Positions 34,342 through 46,500 of a DNA stretch of 64,000 bases are shown piece after piece. The stretch is taken from NCBI GenBank assembly GCA_964035575.1, contig OZ037833.1, forward strand, positions 2,604,001 to 2,668,000, given 5' to 3'. The notes beneath the pieces were generated by a model. The model did not search any database and was not told the DNA's origin. It saw nothing but the letters and a program-made list of their open reading frames with translations. Numbering within the stretch: the stretch's first letter is position 1; every line of letters begins with the position of its first letter. The stretch comes from Rhynchopus sp. YZ270_cl-10. Lineage: Eukaryota. The translations under genes were made by a program, and so were the position numbers.

Positions 34342-35937
34342 GTGCAAGCAGCAAGCTGTAAGCAGGGATTGTGAGCGTCTCATACATCTGTCCTTCCCAC
34401 CTTTTCTTTCATAGCAATACCACTAGCTACAACTCTTCTTGTTTCAGTTTCAAAAAAGTAGGCTGTGACAACAACAAACAACAAACAACAAACAAAAGAA
34501 GAAGAAAAGACACACCTTGTTTGGTCTTTTATGTTGGGCGGCACATTAAACGCCTTATTTTATTTTCGTTTCTCTATTATATTTTTGGGTGATGTATAGC
34601 GCAGCTGCGAGGCTTCGGTTCATCATCATATACTTTATTTATTTATTTATTTATTTTTTGCCCTTCGGTTCCGAACCGAACCCTTTTATTTTATCTCTTC
34701 TATTGCTTTACGCTTGATCTACTTTTTGCCACCCGCTTCTATTTGCGGACTCTTTTGTAGCCCATGTTCTGTGGCCCACGTACAGCGTCTTTATTGAGTG
34801 CGTGCGTTGGTTTGTATAGTTTATTATATGCCTGCCACAGCCCTATTTCTATTCCTATTCCTATTCCTACTCCCAACCCCGTCCCCCCGTATTTTCTGTC
34901 GTCGTTCTGCTGGGACAGCGGGAATGGGAATGGGAGGCCTTGCGTGTACAGCGTGCAGCTGCATGCCCATTCCTCCCTCCCATCCCACATGTCCCATGGC
35001 GAATGACATCGGAGCTCTATGATACTGACAAACAAAAAGCAAAGGGAGGTGACGGTGTCGCCTTGTTGTGTGTGTCCGCGTTCCGTGTTCCACTCCCCAT
35101 TGTTTCGCATGCCAGTGCAGCCCTGTTGCCTCAGCGACGTCTCTGCACACCACACATGCACAAGAAACATGGCGTGCGGTGGCCGGCCCTGTGTCCAACC
35201 GTTCCCCACCATTCCCTCCCCTCGCGTGCACCACACACACACGTGGACACCACACGGGAGGGGTGGTTGGAGAAGAGGTGGATGATTTGGTTCATGTCCC
35301 TTTGTTCACACTATTCACTTTTTGACGTTTGCCTTTCACCCCCCCACCCTATTTTTTTCTTCTATACTTGGTTCTGAACTTGGCTCTGTGTTGTCTGCAG
35401 GGATGCAGGCTGCACCAGGGACTGAACTTCAGCGTTTTCTTTTCTTTTCTTTTCTTTTATGGTCAACCTTCTAAATTGCTTCTCTTGACTACTTCTCTTC
35501 CATACAGTTCCATCCAGTTTTATTCTTCAGTTATCCAAACAAACAAAACCACCCTTTCCCGCATAGTTGCCAAGCTAGATACAGCGGGAACAGATGTGCA
35601 CAGCAAAGAAACCAGAGGATACATTTCTGAGCTGAGCCTGTAGGTGTGTATGTGTTTGCATATGGGATGTGTGACCGAGCCTCTGCTCGAACGAGGCTCG
35701 GTGCCAACATGCAGAAGACACAACAGAATGGAACAACAATAAAACATGACACAATTCAATAACAAATATGCCAAAAAGGTTAACACAAATAAAAGAACGC
35801 ACCACACCCCCCTCTTTTGTCCTAAAAACAGACACCCATTCCCAAGAAACCAGAACCCACCCACTCCACCTCACAACAGAACACTTGTATCTCTCCATAT
35901 TAGTTGACAACACAACACAACACAACACAACACAACA

Positions 35938-36687
35938 ATGATGTCAAAGGCAGGACTCGCAATGGCCGCAGCCTTCGTGGCCCTGGCGCAAGGTGCACCA
36001 TCTGCAGGAACAGTGGAGCTGCTGGAGGCACCTGCGGTGAACGGTGTGCGGACGAACGCCCCTGGGCTGCACGTGACCCTGCTGTCGTCTGGGGTGGACG
36101 CGTGGCCGAACCTTGACGGGTCGACGCTGCGCGACGTGCCGCCGTTCATGCGCCTCATGCCAACGACGCTGGCGAACTGGAGAATGAAGTCTGGGACAAA
36201 GGTGAAGTTCTCGTGCCCGAACGAGCCTTCCCTGATTGAGGTGTGCGACGCATGGGTGTTCTTCTACAGCTGCCCGCAGAGCTGTGTGACGACGTACCAG
36301 GGCGGTCTGCAGGGCCAGCTCTCGGCTCTGCCCGGCTGGGAGAGGACACAGTGCGCACCTTCCTTCTGGACGAACGCACCCGGGATGACCTTCGTGCACC
36401 CGATGGGAAGCTTCAGAATGCAGCTGGCACCCGGCCAGTCGACTGAGTTTGACCTTCAGGATGACGCAGAGTTCCTTGGCTTCGGGATTGACTCGAACGG
36501 AGAGGACTGCACAAAGCACATGGACCAGAACTCCTGCCCTGTTGCGGGAGGACGCTGCAGGTGGGAGTCGGGTGCGTGCGTGAACCAGAACTGCAAGGGC
36601 CGCTTCGGACCCCCGCCACCGTGCCGTGAGTGCCCCTGGGAGGGAGTTGTGCGTGTTGCACGCCCTGCCTCGGACGGTCCGTTCTAA
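35938..36687 (+). CDS. Secreted Cys-rich protein of unknown function (paralog 2)
   Basis: Signal peptide MMSKAGLAMAAAFVALAQG. Collinear with the 24088 protein, with long identical DNA stretches. Confidence 0.85.
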   Translation: MMSKAGLAMAAAFVALAQGAPSAGTVELLEAPAVNGVRTNAPGLHVTLLSSGVDAWPNLDGSTLRDVPPFMRLMPTTLANWRMKSGTKVKFSCPNEPSLIEVCDAWVFFYSCPQSCVTTYQGGLQGQLSALPGWERTQCAPSFWTNAPGMTFVHPMGSFRMQLAPGQSTEFDLQDDAEFLGFGIDSNGEDCTKHMDQNSCPVAGGRCRWESGACVNQNCKGRFGPPPPCRECPWEGVVRVARPASDGPF

Positions 36688-37656
36688 GTTGCGTGACAGG
36701 AGACAAAGCCACAACGCCTGCAAAGGGACGTCAGAAACAAACAAACAAACGAAACGAAACAACCAAATCAATATCCCCACCCACGCTTGCGTCACTTTAC
36801 CACTGGCAGCACAGGAGTGCTTGCAGGGCCTCCTTGTGTGTGCTGCGCGTGTTTGTGAAGCCAGGCTCTTCTTCCACTATATGAAAACTACACCACACCT
36901 GAAGGCGCAGAAGGTACCCAGGCAAAGCAATCGCCCCTGGCCCTCTTTTGCACCTTCGTTTTTCTTGTCTTTTTGTTGCTCTTTTGCTTCTCCGTCCGCG
37001 GCAGCCCTGTCTTGTCTGTTGGATGGCTGGGGTTTGTCTTTGCGAGCTGAGTGCGCTACTTGCGTGTTCAGACTCTGGACAAAGAGAGAAATTTGTTAAT
37101 TTTTCATTGTGCCGCAGAAGTTTTTGAACTTGGGTCACACCACAAGGCATTTCCCCCCTTGTGTTTTCCTTTTCCTTTCCCTTTCTTCATTTTAGCAAAG
37201 ACCTCTGTCTTTTCCTCTCTCGACAAGATGTGTTCCCTTCGTATGAGTTACAGGATGCTCCCTACTGACGCCTTCTTCTTGCAACTATGTGTGTGTGCAC
37301 GCCCCCAGACAGGTGGGTGTTGCGCACACACCTCTTTTTGCTCTTTTGCCTCAACGACAAAAGAGAAGATGTACGGTGGGAGACATGCAGTGACAGAAGG
37401 CATGCACACAGACAATATCAAACCAAATGCAAACCAAATACAAAACAACATGCCAAGTCTTTGAAGTAACCCCCTATTTTTCCTGCAGCTCTCCAGATGG
37501 GAATCTTCTTCGGGCACAATTTTTTGACAATACCGCACCAACGGCTCGCACACCCTTCGCACGAACACTGCACACACACACCCCACTCACCCCCTCCCGC
37601 AGGTTAAGTCTACCGAACACAACCCACTTTCTTTTCTTTACATTCCCTAGAACAAA

Positions 37657-39357
37657 ATGGCCCCGTCTCTGTGTTGGGCGTTGTTGCTGTTGCTGCCGCT
37701 GTACACGAAGACCGCCCACGGTCAGGTGACAGCTGTGCCAGGCACAGGGACGGCGTGCAAGAGCCTGGAGGTCTTCGGGTCCTCTGGCCGCATTGCCTCA
37801 GCGTCGCCGTATGCTAACGGCGAGATTGACTGCTGGAAGATCGAATGCAGCACAGACGTGACCATCACATGGTCGTATTTCGAGACGGAGTCCTGCTGCG
37901 ACCCCCTGAACATCTACACCGAAACATCCGAGGACACGTACAACCTGGTGAGCACACTGAAGGGCTCGGCTAGCAGCACAATGACCTTCGCAGGGCCGCT
38001 CTTCCTCAAGTTTACCACCGACGGCTCTGTGGTGAAGCCAGGCTTCGTCGGTAACTTCGTCTGTGCGACACCACCAACCAGTGCACCCCCAACACCATCG
38101 CCACCGACACCCGCACCACCGACAGTGGCACCCCCAACTCCGTCACCGCCGACACCCGTGCCACCGACAGCGGTGCCAACTATGCCGCCACCGACATCGT
38201 CACCCCCAACATCTGCACCACCAACGTCGTCGCCACCGACACCATCGCCACCAACGCCCGCACCACCGACACCGTCCCCACCAACACCGTCCCCACCCAC
38301 ACCGTCCCCACCAACCAGCGCACCCCCAACACCTGCACCGCCAACCTCTGCACCACCCACACCAGTCCCAGACACACCTGCACCCACACAGTGCACTGCC
38401 CCAGACACGGCACCCCTCACATGCGAGGCGACAGCGTCACGTGAGTGTGCATGGCGTGTGGTCCAGTCTGGCCGCCTCCTGGCTGTTGGGTTCTCTGCAG
38501 ACGGGAGCCGTGTTGCAACAGGGAGCGACGACGGGGTGCGTGTGTACGACAGCACGACTGGGGTGCAGGTGGCGAAGCTGGCGTGTGCAGACTTTGCGTC
38601 GTACGACGTGACGTTCTCGAGCGACGGAGCACGCGTTGCTGTGGGTGGTGCTGGTGGTCGTGTTGTTGTGTGCGACGCTGTGACGGGCGAGCTCGAGGTG
38701 ACACTGATGGACATGCGTGCGGTGGGGAGTGTGCCGGTGCGCCGTGTGCGCTTCACGGCCGACGCACGCTTCCTTGTTGTGAGCGGTGGTGGGAGCGACA
38801 TGCGCACACGTGTGTTTGACGTGATGTCAGGCTCTCTGGAGCCGGAGATTGTGATCCACAAGCACGCACGCGAGGTGGCGTTCTCTGCAGACGGGGCGCT
38901 GCTGGCCACGTCGTGGGGCACGGAGGTGGACGAGGTTGTGACAGTGTGGCGTGTGCAGAACGGTGCCAAGGTGGCGGAGCTGCCGTCGCGCTTTGCACGT
39001 GTGACGGCACTGTCGTTCTCTGCGTCTGGCGACGAGCTGCTGCGTGGGATGGACGACGGGACGGTGCGTGTGAGCAAGTGGGCCGGCGGGGCTGTGGGCG
39101 AGGGTGCGGTGACGGAGCGCCTTGTGCTTGAGACACAGACGAAGACTGTGTTTGACGCTCGGCACTCGCCAAACGGGGCACTGCTTGCTGCTGTTGGGGA
39201 GGGTGAGGTGACGGTGTGGCGTGCGGCTGGGAGTGTGGCACACCAGCTCTATGGGCACACGCGTGCAGGGCTCCCGCGTCTCGCGTTCTCACCTGATAGC
39301 ACACGCCTTGCCACAGCAAGCCACGACGGCACGCTGCTTCTGTGGGATCTTCTGTAG
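37657..39357 (+). CDS. Secreted protein: CUB domain + (PPTxA/SP)n mucin-like linker + WD40 repeats
   Basis: Signal peptide; SPYANGEIDCWKI..FETESCCDPLNIY..FTTDGSVVKPGF (CUB); FSADGSRVATGSDDG and GHTRAG..LAFSPDSTRLATASHDGTLLLWD (WD40). Confidence 0.88.
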   Translation: MAPSLCWALLLLLPLYTKTAHGQVTAVPGTGTACKSLEVFGSSGRIASASPYANGEIDCWKIECSTDVTITWSYFETESCCDPLNIYTETSEDTYNLVSTLKGSASSTMTFAGPLFLKFTTDGSVVKPGFVGNFVCATPPTSAPPTPSPPTPAPPTVAPPTPSPPTPVPPTAVPTMPPPTSSPPTSAPPTSSPPTPSPPTPAPPTPSPPTPSPPTPSPPTSAPPTPAPPTSAPPTPVPDTPAPTQCTAPDTAPLTCEATASRECAWRVVQSGRLLAVGFSADGSRVATGSDDGVRVYDSTTGVQVAKLACADFASYDVTFSSDGARVAVGGAGGRVVVCDAVTGELEVTLMDMRAVGSVPVRRVRFTADARFLVVSGGGSDMRTRVFDVMSGSLEPEIVIHKHAREVAFSADGALLATSWGTEVDEVVTVWRVQNGAKVAELPSRFARVTALSFSASGDELLRGMDDGTVRVSKWAGGAVGEGAVTERLVLETQTKTVFDARHSPNGALLAAVGEGEVTVWRAAGSVAHQLYGHTRAGLPRLAFSPDSTRLATASHDGTLLLWDLL

Positions 39358-41437
39358 GTCTCTGCAGAGGAAGACGACAGTTGGTAGGTGTGGGTGCGTG
39401 GGCACTGACGCCCACCCGCAGGCCCGGTCGTGACAATTACAATCCTTCTCCCAATGTTGCGCAAGGGACCATCCATCGCAGCCCATTCATGTTCTAGATT
39501 GTTATAGTATAGTTGTTTTGACCACCTTCCCTGCTTTTGCGTACATCTTCTGATGAATATACAGGGCATTTGCACCTGTTGTCACTTGGAGTGTGCAGCA
39601 ACGCATTTTTGCATTTATTTTTGAAAATAGACTTTGTGCCTGTCGGGCGCATTCGTCTCTCGAAAAGGAAAACAGGAGGAGTGTTCTTTTTTTTTCTTTC
39701 TTTTCTTTTTTTGCTTTTTCAGCAAAAGTCTGGCCCATCTGCTCAAAAACCTATCCACTGAGATGTAACAATCTCATCCGGTTACCACGAACAGAAACGT
39801 GTAAACGTTTGAACGTGCATGCTGTGAACCCGACCCAACTGGTTGGTGTTCCCAACATACGGTGCTTTACCGACACTGCATTTTGTTTCATTCTTTTTAT
39901 GTTTGTGTGTAGCTGTAGAGCGACGTGACCAGATTTGTTATTTTTTTTGTTTTAATTTATGTACATATTTTGTTGTTAATTTGTGAGACTGTGTGTGTAT
40001 GTGTTCATTTCTTTTTTCTGTTGTGTAATTGACTGTCCGGGGTGACTGGACAACGCAAATACGCATGCGAAACGTGCTGAATCCAATTTTTGAAGATGCG
40101 CTGAGCACTGCGAGGCTTAGCATCACCTTACCAAGAAAAAGTGTTACATGCGCGCGACGCGGTGCAGTCTGCCAAGTCAAGAGCAAAGAGCAAAGAGTAA
40201 CGAGCACATTACATAACACAGTCATTACTATTTGATGTTCTTTTTTCTTGTATTTTCTTCATCGCTTCCCCCACCTCCATGCGGGGGTGGTGGGTATCTT
40301 CTCTTTTGCATGTGTACTCCTACGAGACACATTCATCTTACAATTCATTTCTTTTTCCAACATCTTTGCCATATTCAAGATGCTTATCTTCTTCTTGCGA
40401 CAGCCTTTTATGGCCTTTAATTTCTTATTTAACAGCATCTTGTTGTGTGTTTTGTTTAGAGTCGTATTGTCGACCACTTCTTGTTAATATCCACGAATGA
40501 TAAAAATAAAAATAAAAATAGTTCATAATCCGTCTGAGTGCATGACCAGAGTTGAGACCCTGGATTTTGTTTGCGCAAATGTAGTTCCACGATAACGAAT
40601 ATGATAAGGTGACTAAGCACGAGAGGCTTAGGGTCATCTTATAAACTTTTCTTTGTTTAAGATGTCTACGCACGAGAGGCATATTCATTGGACTCTAGAC
40701 GGATTATTTACGGTGTAAATAAAATGTTATTTTTTGTTTTTTTTTTTTGTATTGACTGTGCTGCGTTTTTTTGGGTGATCTCTGAACGGGGAGAGAATTT
40801 TTCACTCTTCAGTAGCGTCTTACAGGCTCTCACAGCCTGTTGCGTGTCTCAATCATAGATCACCCAGTTTTAGCACGTTTCAACTACTGTTTTTTTGTTT
40901 TGCGTTATTGGTGAGGAACGATGTCCACGCACTCTCTAAAGGTGCACGCCCCGACTACTATCTTTGGATTTGACACAAGAGGGAACCATTTTTGTATGCT
41001 TTCGCAATGATTCGGCAGAAATTTCTGCTGCAAAAAAAAACAGTCATCTGATTGTATCCACCCGAGGGTGGAAGACTTTCAAGATGAAATTATCTACATT
41101 CTAGCGTAAGGTTGCCAGGCACGTTTAAGGTTTCATCTTTACTAAAAAATTCTTTTGGGGTAATCCGGGAACCCGGTTTTCGGGTGTCACCAAAATTTTT
41201 TTGTATGCGAATTGACTTTGAACCGTTAAAGAACCATGAGGTTCAATCCCTCAAACGTTTCCCTTCCTCCCCATCTCCACTATTATGTCGGGAAAATCAT
41301 CATAACAGAACGACGTACATTTGTGTGTCAGTTCTCCCCCCATTTTTGTTTCCGCCTCCCCTTAGATGCAATGTGCTCGAAAGGGCATGTTTATCTTTAT
41401 TGCCCCTTTTTTTTGCATTTCAAATTTTCATAAATAA

Positions 41438-42376
41438 GGGTAGATAAATAAATTTATTTGTTTCTTGTCCGAGACGTTTTGAAATTCTGTACGTACGTAC
41501 GGAAAAAAATATTAGTTGGGGAAAAAATGTTGGAAAAAAATCGCTACCATGGGAGCGGGGCAAGCAGAAGGGAGACAACTACATTGATTTCACATGCCTC
41601 GTTGATGGTAGGTGTCATTAGGGGGGATACGGCGATGTTAGTTCTCAGTTTTTTATAATGTTCTTGTACGTTTAGCGGGTTCGCCACTGCTCCCAGAACG
41701 CTTCCACATTTTGCGCGGATAGCGCCTTGCATGCTTCCGTGGCAGATCTTCTGCACGCTCAGCTCAGCATTTCCGAGGATGTTTCTGGCCTCGCTAAGTC
41801 CCGAAGGTCATCCCTTCACTGACAAGAAGGAAGCTCACACTTAGCCCTGAATGTTACGGAGCAGGCTTCGTGCCCACTTTTGGAAAGTCTGAAAAATCGT
41901 GTTTCGGGACCAAAAAAAAACACACCTCAAACAGTTGTGCATCAAGGGGTGGAAATAACAGTGTTTTGTGGCATTTCCGAGCCAATCCCGGGCTGTGGTG
42001 GGGGATATACGGAAAAATGGGCAAAATTTTAGTGACTTAAATTTTCACAAAGTATGAACCCATACTCGTAAGCAAGGGTCATTTTCAGGTCTGCAAACCC
42101 AACTTCAGATGAAATTGTGTTGTTGACTGGGAACAGGTAGCGCCGCAGGCGCACGGTACCCAACTTTTTTCCTTTTTATTTTTTCCCTTTTCTCTGCTTT
42201 CTTTTGATTGCGCGAGCCGATTGCTTTCCTCGGTGGGGTCACAAGTGTGTCTAAAAACACTCTAAAGTACCGCACAGGTCACAATAAACATTTTTAAAAA
42301 CAAACATTTTTTTCTGGGAATCTCGAGATTCTGTACGTACGGTGGACAAGAAACAAATAAATTTGTTTATCTACCC
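41438..42376. mobile_element. PIF/Harbinger-like non-autonomous element (GGG..CCC TIRs, TAA TSD)
   Basis: GGGTAGATAAATAAATTTATTTGTTTCTTGTCC at 41438 and near-exact inverse ending at 42376. TAA at 41435-37 and 42377-79. Contains a repeat R core at 42140. Confidence 0.85.
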
Positions 42377-42459
42377 TAAAGCAATTTCTAACCTCTTTCT
42401 GCTCTCCCTGTATCCTTCTATCTATGCCATTTTTTTTCCAGGACCTACACTACACAAAA

Positions 42460-43293
42460 ATGAAAGTCCGAAATCTAAAAATGAAACTGCAGATCTGTGC
42501 AGTCGTTCTCCCGATTCTTACAATATCGTTGTGGGGGGATTGGCAGGCGATTCACCATGAGGAAGTGCACACACACGTTGCAAACCGACTACGCTGGGGA
42601 CGCTTCAAAACCCTAGAGAACTACGACTTTGAGCGGGCAATCTTTGCGGGAGGCAGTTTCTGGCATTTACAGGCAGCGTTTCATGGTAACTTCGTTGGGC
42701 GCGACGGCGTCGTCGAAACAATGGTCGGGTACACAGGCGGGGGGACGTTGCACCCTTCCTTCTACACTGCTCCCTTTGCGGACCACTTAGACGCAGTCAT
42801 TGTCTACTATGATAAAACTAGAGTATCGTATGCGCAGTTGCTTGCAGTGTTCCTAGCGAGTACCGACCCGTTTGATGGGGAAGGGCAGTTTTGTGACCGT
42901 GGTGCTTCGTATCGGAGTATGGTGGTTGCGACAACGAAGAGGCAGTTTGTGTTGGCGAGCGAAATGGTCGCCTTTTTGAAGGAGAATGTGGACGGGAAAG
43001 CGGTGTACACGAAGGTGCAAGATTTGTCAGCATTGCTGGACGATGAAGTGGACAGTTTGGTGTTGCCGTCTCCTCGTGCGGTGCAGGCAGCTGCGCAGAC
43101 AGCAAACGACTTCACCCTCGACGAGCGCTGGTTCTACCCAGCAGAAGAACGCCACCAGCATGTCCGACAGCGTTCCCTCGCGAAGTATCTCCAGCTCACA
43201 AAAGGGTGCGGTTTTTCAGAGCGTCTCTCCGAACTGAAGCCTGCTCTCCAATCGACACAGGACATGTTGAGGGGCAAATTGGTTGCTTTCTAG
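42460..43293 (+). CDS. msrA: Peptide methionine sulfoxide reductase MsrA-like protein, catalytic Cys replaced by Ser
   Basis: AIFAGGSFW (canonical GGCFW), GVVETMVGYTGG, YD..RVSYAQLL.VF, DPFD.EGQFCDRGASYRS, FYPAEERHQ. N-terminal hydrophobic segment; start could alternatively be 42481. Confidence 0.85.
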   Translation: MKVRNLKMKLQICAVVLPILTISLWGDWQAIHHEEVHTHVANRLRWGRFKTLENYDFERAIFAGGSFWHLQAAFHGNFVGRDGVVETMVGYTGGGTLHPSFYTAPFADHLDAVIVYYDKTRVSYAQLLAVFLASTDPFDGEGQFCDRGASYRSMVVATTKRQFVLASEMVAFLKENVDGKAVYTKVQDLSALLDDEVDSLVLPSPRAVQAAAQTANDFTLDERWFYPAEERHQHVRQRSLAKYLQLTKGCGFSERLSELKPALQSTQDMLRGKLVAF

Positions 43294-43508
43294 GGTAGGG
43301 TAGCGGGGGGGAAAGGTCTTGACTTTGGTTTAACTTAAAAGTACAATTTTTTTTTTCAAGTTTGGAATAGATTCTGGTTCATTGCATTACACCACCATCA
43401 GCAGGCATCCGCATCCTCGGGATTTACACCCGAACGAAACACTAAGGAGCGCCTGGTTTTCTTTCCCCCTTTTTGGCCCTTTTTTGGCTTTTTTTTTTTC
43501 TCAAGACA

Positions 43509-46500
43509 ATGGCTTTTGTCGGCGTGCTTGCGGGGCTGATGACGCTGGCGATGGTGACAGAGGATGATTTTCGCGTGCAGGTGGGGAACGCATCGGAGAG
43601 CTCTCCGAAGCTGACGGGGATGTTTCAGTTGAGCAACGTTTTGCCGCTGGGGGACGTGAGCATTCCGATCCATGTGACCGAGCCGGGTGAGGTGAGGCTG
43701 ACGACGGTGTCACCGATTGTGATTCCGCTTGAACAGTGGAATGTGTCGCAGACTTTCGACATCGAGGTCCTGAACGACTACTACGCAGACGGGGACAGGC
43801 CCTTCACGATCACCATCGGTCCCATCTCCGATCCTGGAGGCCCGTACAACGGCTACACCACCAAGCTCACACGTTTTAACCTTGACGACGATGTGGTCGA
43901 ACTGCGCTTCTCACCATCCTCGCTCAAGACCTCAGAGAACGACACCGAACCGCACAACACCTCAGTGACGCTTGGCGCAAAGCCGCGCCAGCCCGTTACC
44001 TTCTCCGTGTCCTCGGACAACGAGGGTGAAGGTACCATTGTCGGGCCCGTATCAAAGAAGTTCACATTCACCCCCGACAACTGGAACATCTCGCAGAGCC
44101 TGCTCATCAAGGCAATGGACGACGACTTCGACGACGACGGTGACCAGACATACCACATCATCTCCAGCGCAACCGACACCACCGACGTGCAGTATAAACT
44201 CATCACAGAGGCCACCGCCATCACCGTTGTCAACGAGAATGTCCACGTCTCGGGTGTCTCCATCAAGCCGGGTACCTGTGTGCTCGCTGTCTGGGAGGAC
44301 GGGAACACCAACAAGGAGCCCGTCTCGGCGGACACCCGCTTCCTGGAGCTTGTGTTGACCAGCAAACCCCGCGCAGACGTGACAATCCCGTTGAAGACCA
44401 ACGATGACACCGAAGTCATCTTTGCACAGGACTCAGTCCTCTTCACCCCCGCCAACTGGAATAAGCCGCAGAAGATCGAAGTGCTGCCTGGCAAGGACGC
44501 GGACGAGACGTCGCCGGACTGTGACCAGGCTGTGTCGATTGTTGTAGAGGACGCGAAGAGCGCGGACCCGAAGTACAACGACAAGCACTCGGAGCCCTTG
44601 ACGGTGCTGAACCTCGACGACGACGGCATCTGCCTGCACACGTACCCCGCATGTGTGCAGACACAGGAGGCGAACATAAAGCCTGCCTCGGTCATGATGT
44701 GGTTCTCCAACCCACAGAAGCCCACCCAGGACATCACGGTCTCAATCACAACCTCCGACACCACCGAGTCCTCCGTGGACCCCACCTCCCTGACCTTCAC
44801 GCCCGACGACTACCTCTTCATCAAGACCTTCACCGTCAACGGCGTCGACGACGACTTCGCCGACCCCGACGAGGAGTACACCGTCGACTACGCCGTCGCC
44901 TCTGGTGACGCTGCCTACGCCAAAGCCTTCAAGATCCAAACTGCAGGAACCAACTTCAACGATGAAACCGCAGGCATCATCCTGAAGGAGACAGCCAGCA
45001 TCACCGAGAACCCCGCAAATGGCGGCAACAAAGCTACCTTCACCATCCAGTTCACATCACGGCCGTACCACCCTGTCAGTCTGCACGTCAACCTCGTTGA
45101 CTCTACGGGAGCAATCGCCACCCCAGAGCCAAAGTTCACCTTCGGCCCTGTGGATTTCCCGAACCTCGACCCTCTGAAATGGAAGGACATCCTTACGTTC
45201 ACGGCGCAGACAGAGGACAACTTGATCGCCGACGCGTCGATGGAGTACAAATTCACGCTGACGTACACATCAGTCGACCCTGCGTACGACAAGGTCACAG
45301 ACATGTCTGCCACGACCCAGGTGGGCATCAGCGTCATCAACGACGACATCGCATCCGTCAAGTTTGTCATGACCCCGGATGTGTTCGAGCCGGTGTTTCA
45401 CGAGGGGCAGTTCGACACGACGACATGGGATGTGGTGCTCACGTCAGAGCCACTTGCGGATGTCATCGTCTTCTACAACGGAGTTGACCAGACCTTCCAG
45501 TCCGAACGCATTTTTGCGAGGGAAATGAAGATCGAGCCTGATTTCCTTACGTTCACTCCAACTAATTGGAACGTGCCTCAGGTGTTCAAGATCACTGGGC
45601 AGGACGACAACATTGATGAGGAGGACTCCTCCTTCACGCGTCTGATCTTTTTGTCGAACTCGACGGACCCTGCGTACCACTTCAACGACACGGCCTCGGG
45701 TGTGCAGGGGTACCATGAGGTGTGGCTGGATACAAGAGACGACGACACTTCAAGCATGAACGCCTCTTCGCTGAACGCTGCCGACGAGAACGGAGGATAT
45801 GCTGATGTTGTTGTGAATCTTGGCTCTGAGCCGCTCTGCAACTGGAGCAGTGAGTTCCAGCTGTCTCCCACTGATGGGATGATCGTCACGGCACGCGTGC
45901 TTCCCACTGATCCTGCAGCAGCACGCGTCCGCATCGAGCCTGAGACGTTCTCTGTGCCACGCACAGAGTGGAACCAAAGCGTGAAGACTTTCCGCGTGTA
46001 CGCCGTCGACAACCTCGTCAGCGACGGCGACGTCAACGTCACTGTGGAGCTCACGATCACAGACGCATGCTACCACTATGGGACCTACTTCGACACGGCC
46101 TACACGGGCATGGTCGCCACCACAACCGTGCTCGTCAAGGACAACGACTACCCCGGACTCAACTACACGAGCACGGAGCTCCGCACCGTGGAGACGGGTA
46201 CCCTTACCCTCCTCACTGTGAACCTCAACACCAAGCCCACCGCCAACGTGGCAGTAGAACTGACTGGGGTTGATGCCACCGAGGGCAAGCTCAGCACGAC
46301 AACACTCACCTTCACACCCGACGACTGGAACCTCGTCCAGACTGTTAATGTAACAGGGGTTGACGACAGCGAGATGGACGGCGACATCACATACCAGATC
46401 ACCCTCACCGCCACCAGTGCGGACACAGACTACAACACGTTGTCCCCAGGGCAGGTTGTTGTTATTAACGAGGATGACGACATCCCTGGGTTAATGTGGA

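Noticed and set aside
37914..39077. Long minus-strand ORFs opposite GC-rich genes (also around 24241, 33424, 35944, 43853, 47700)
   Set aside because: These are antisense shadows of biased-codon + strand genes with no independent motifs.
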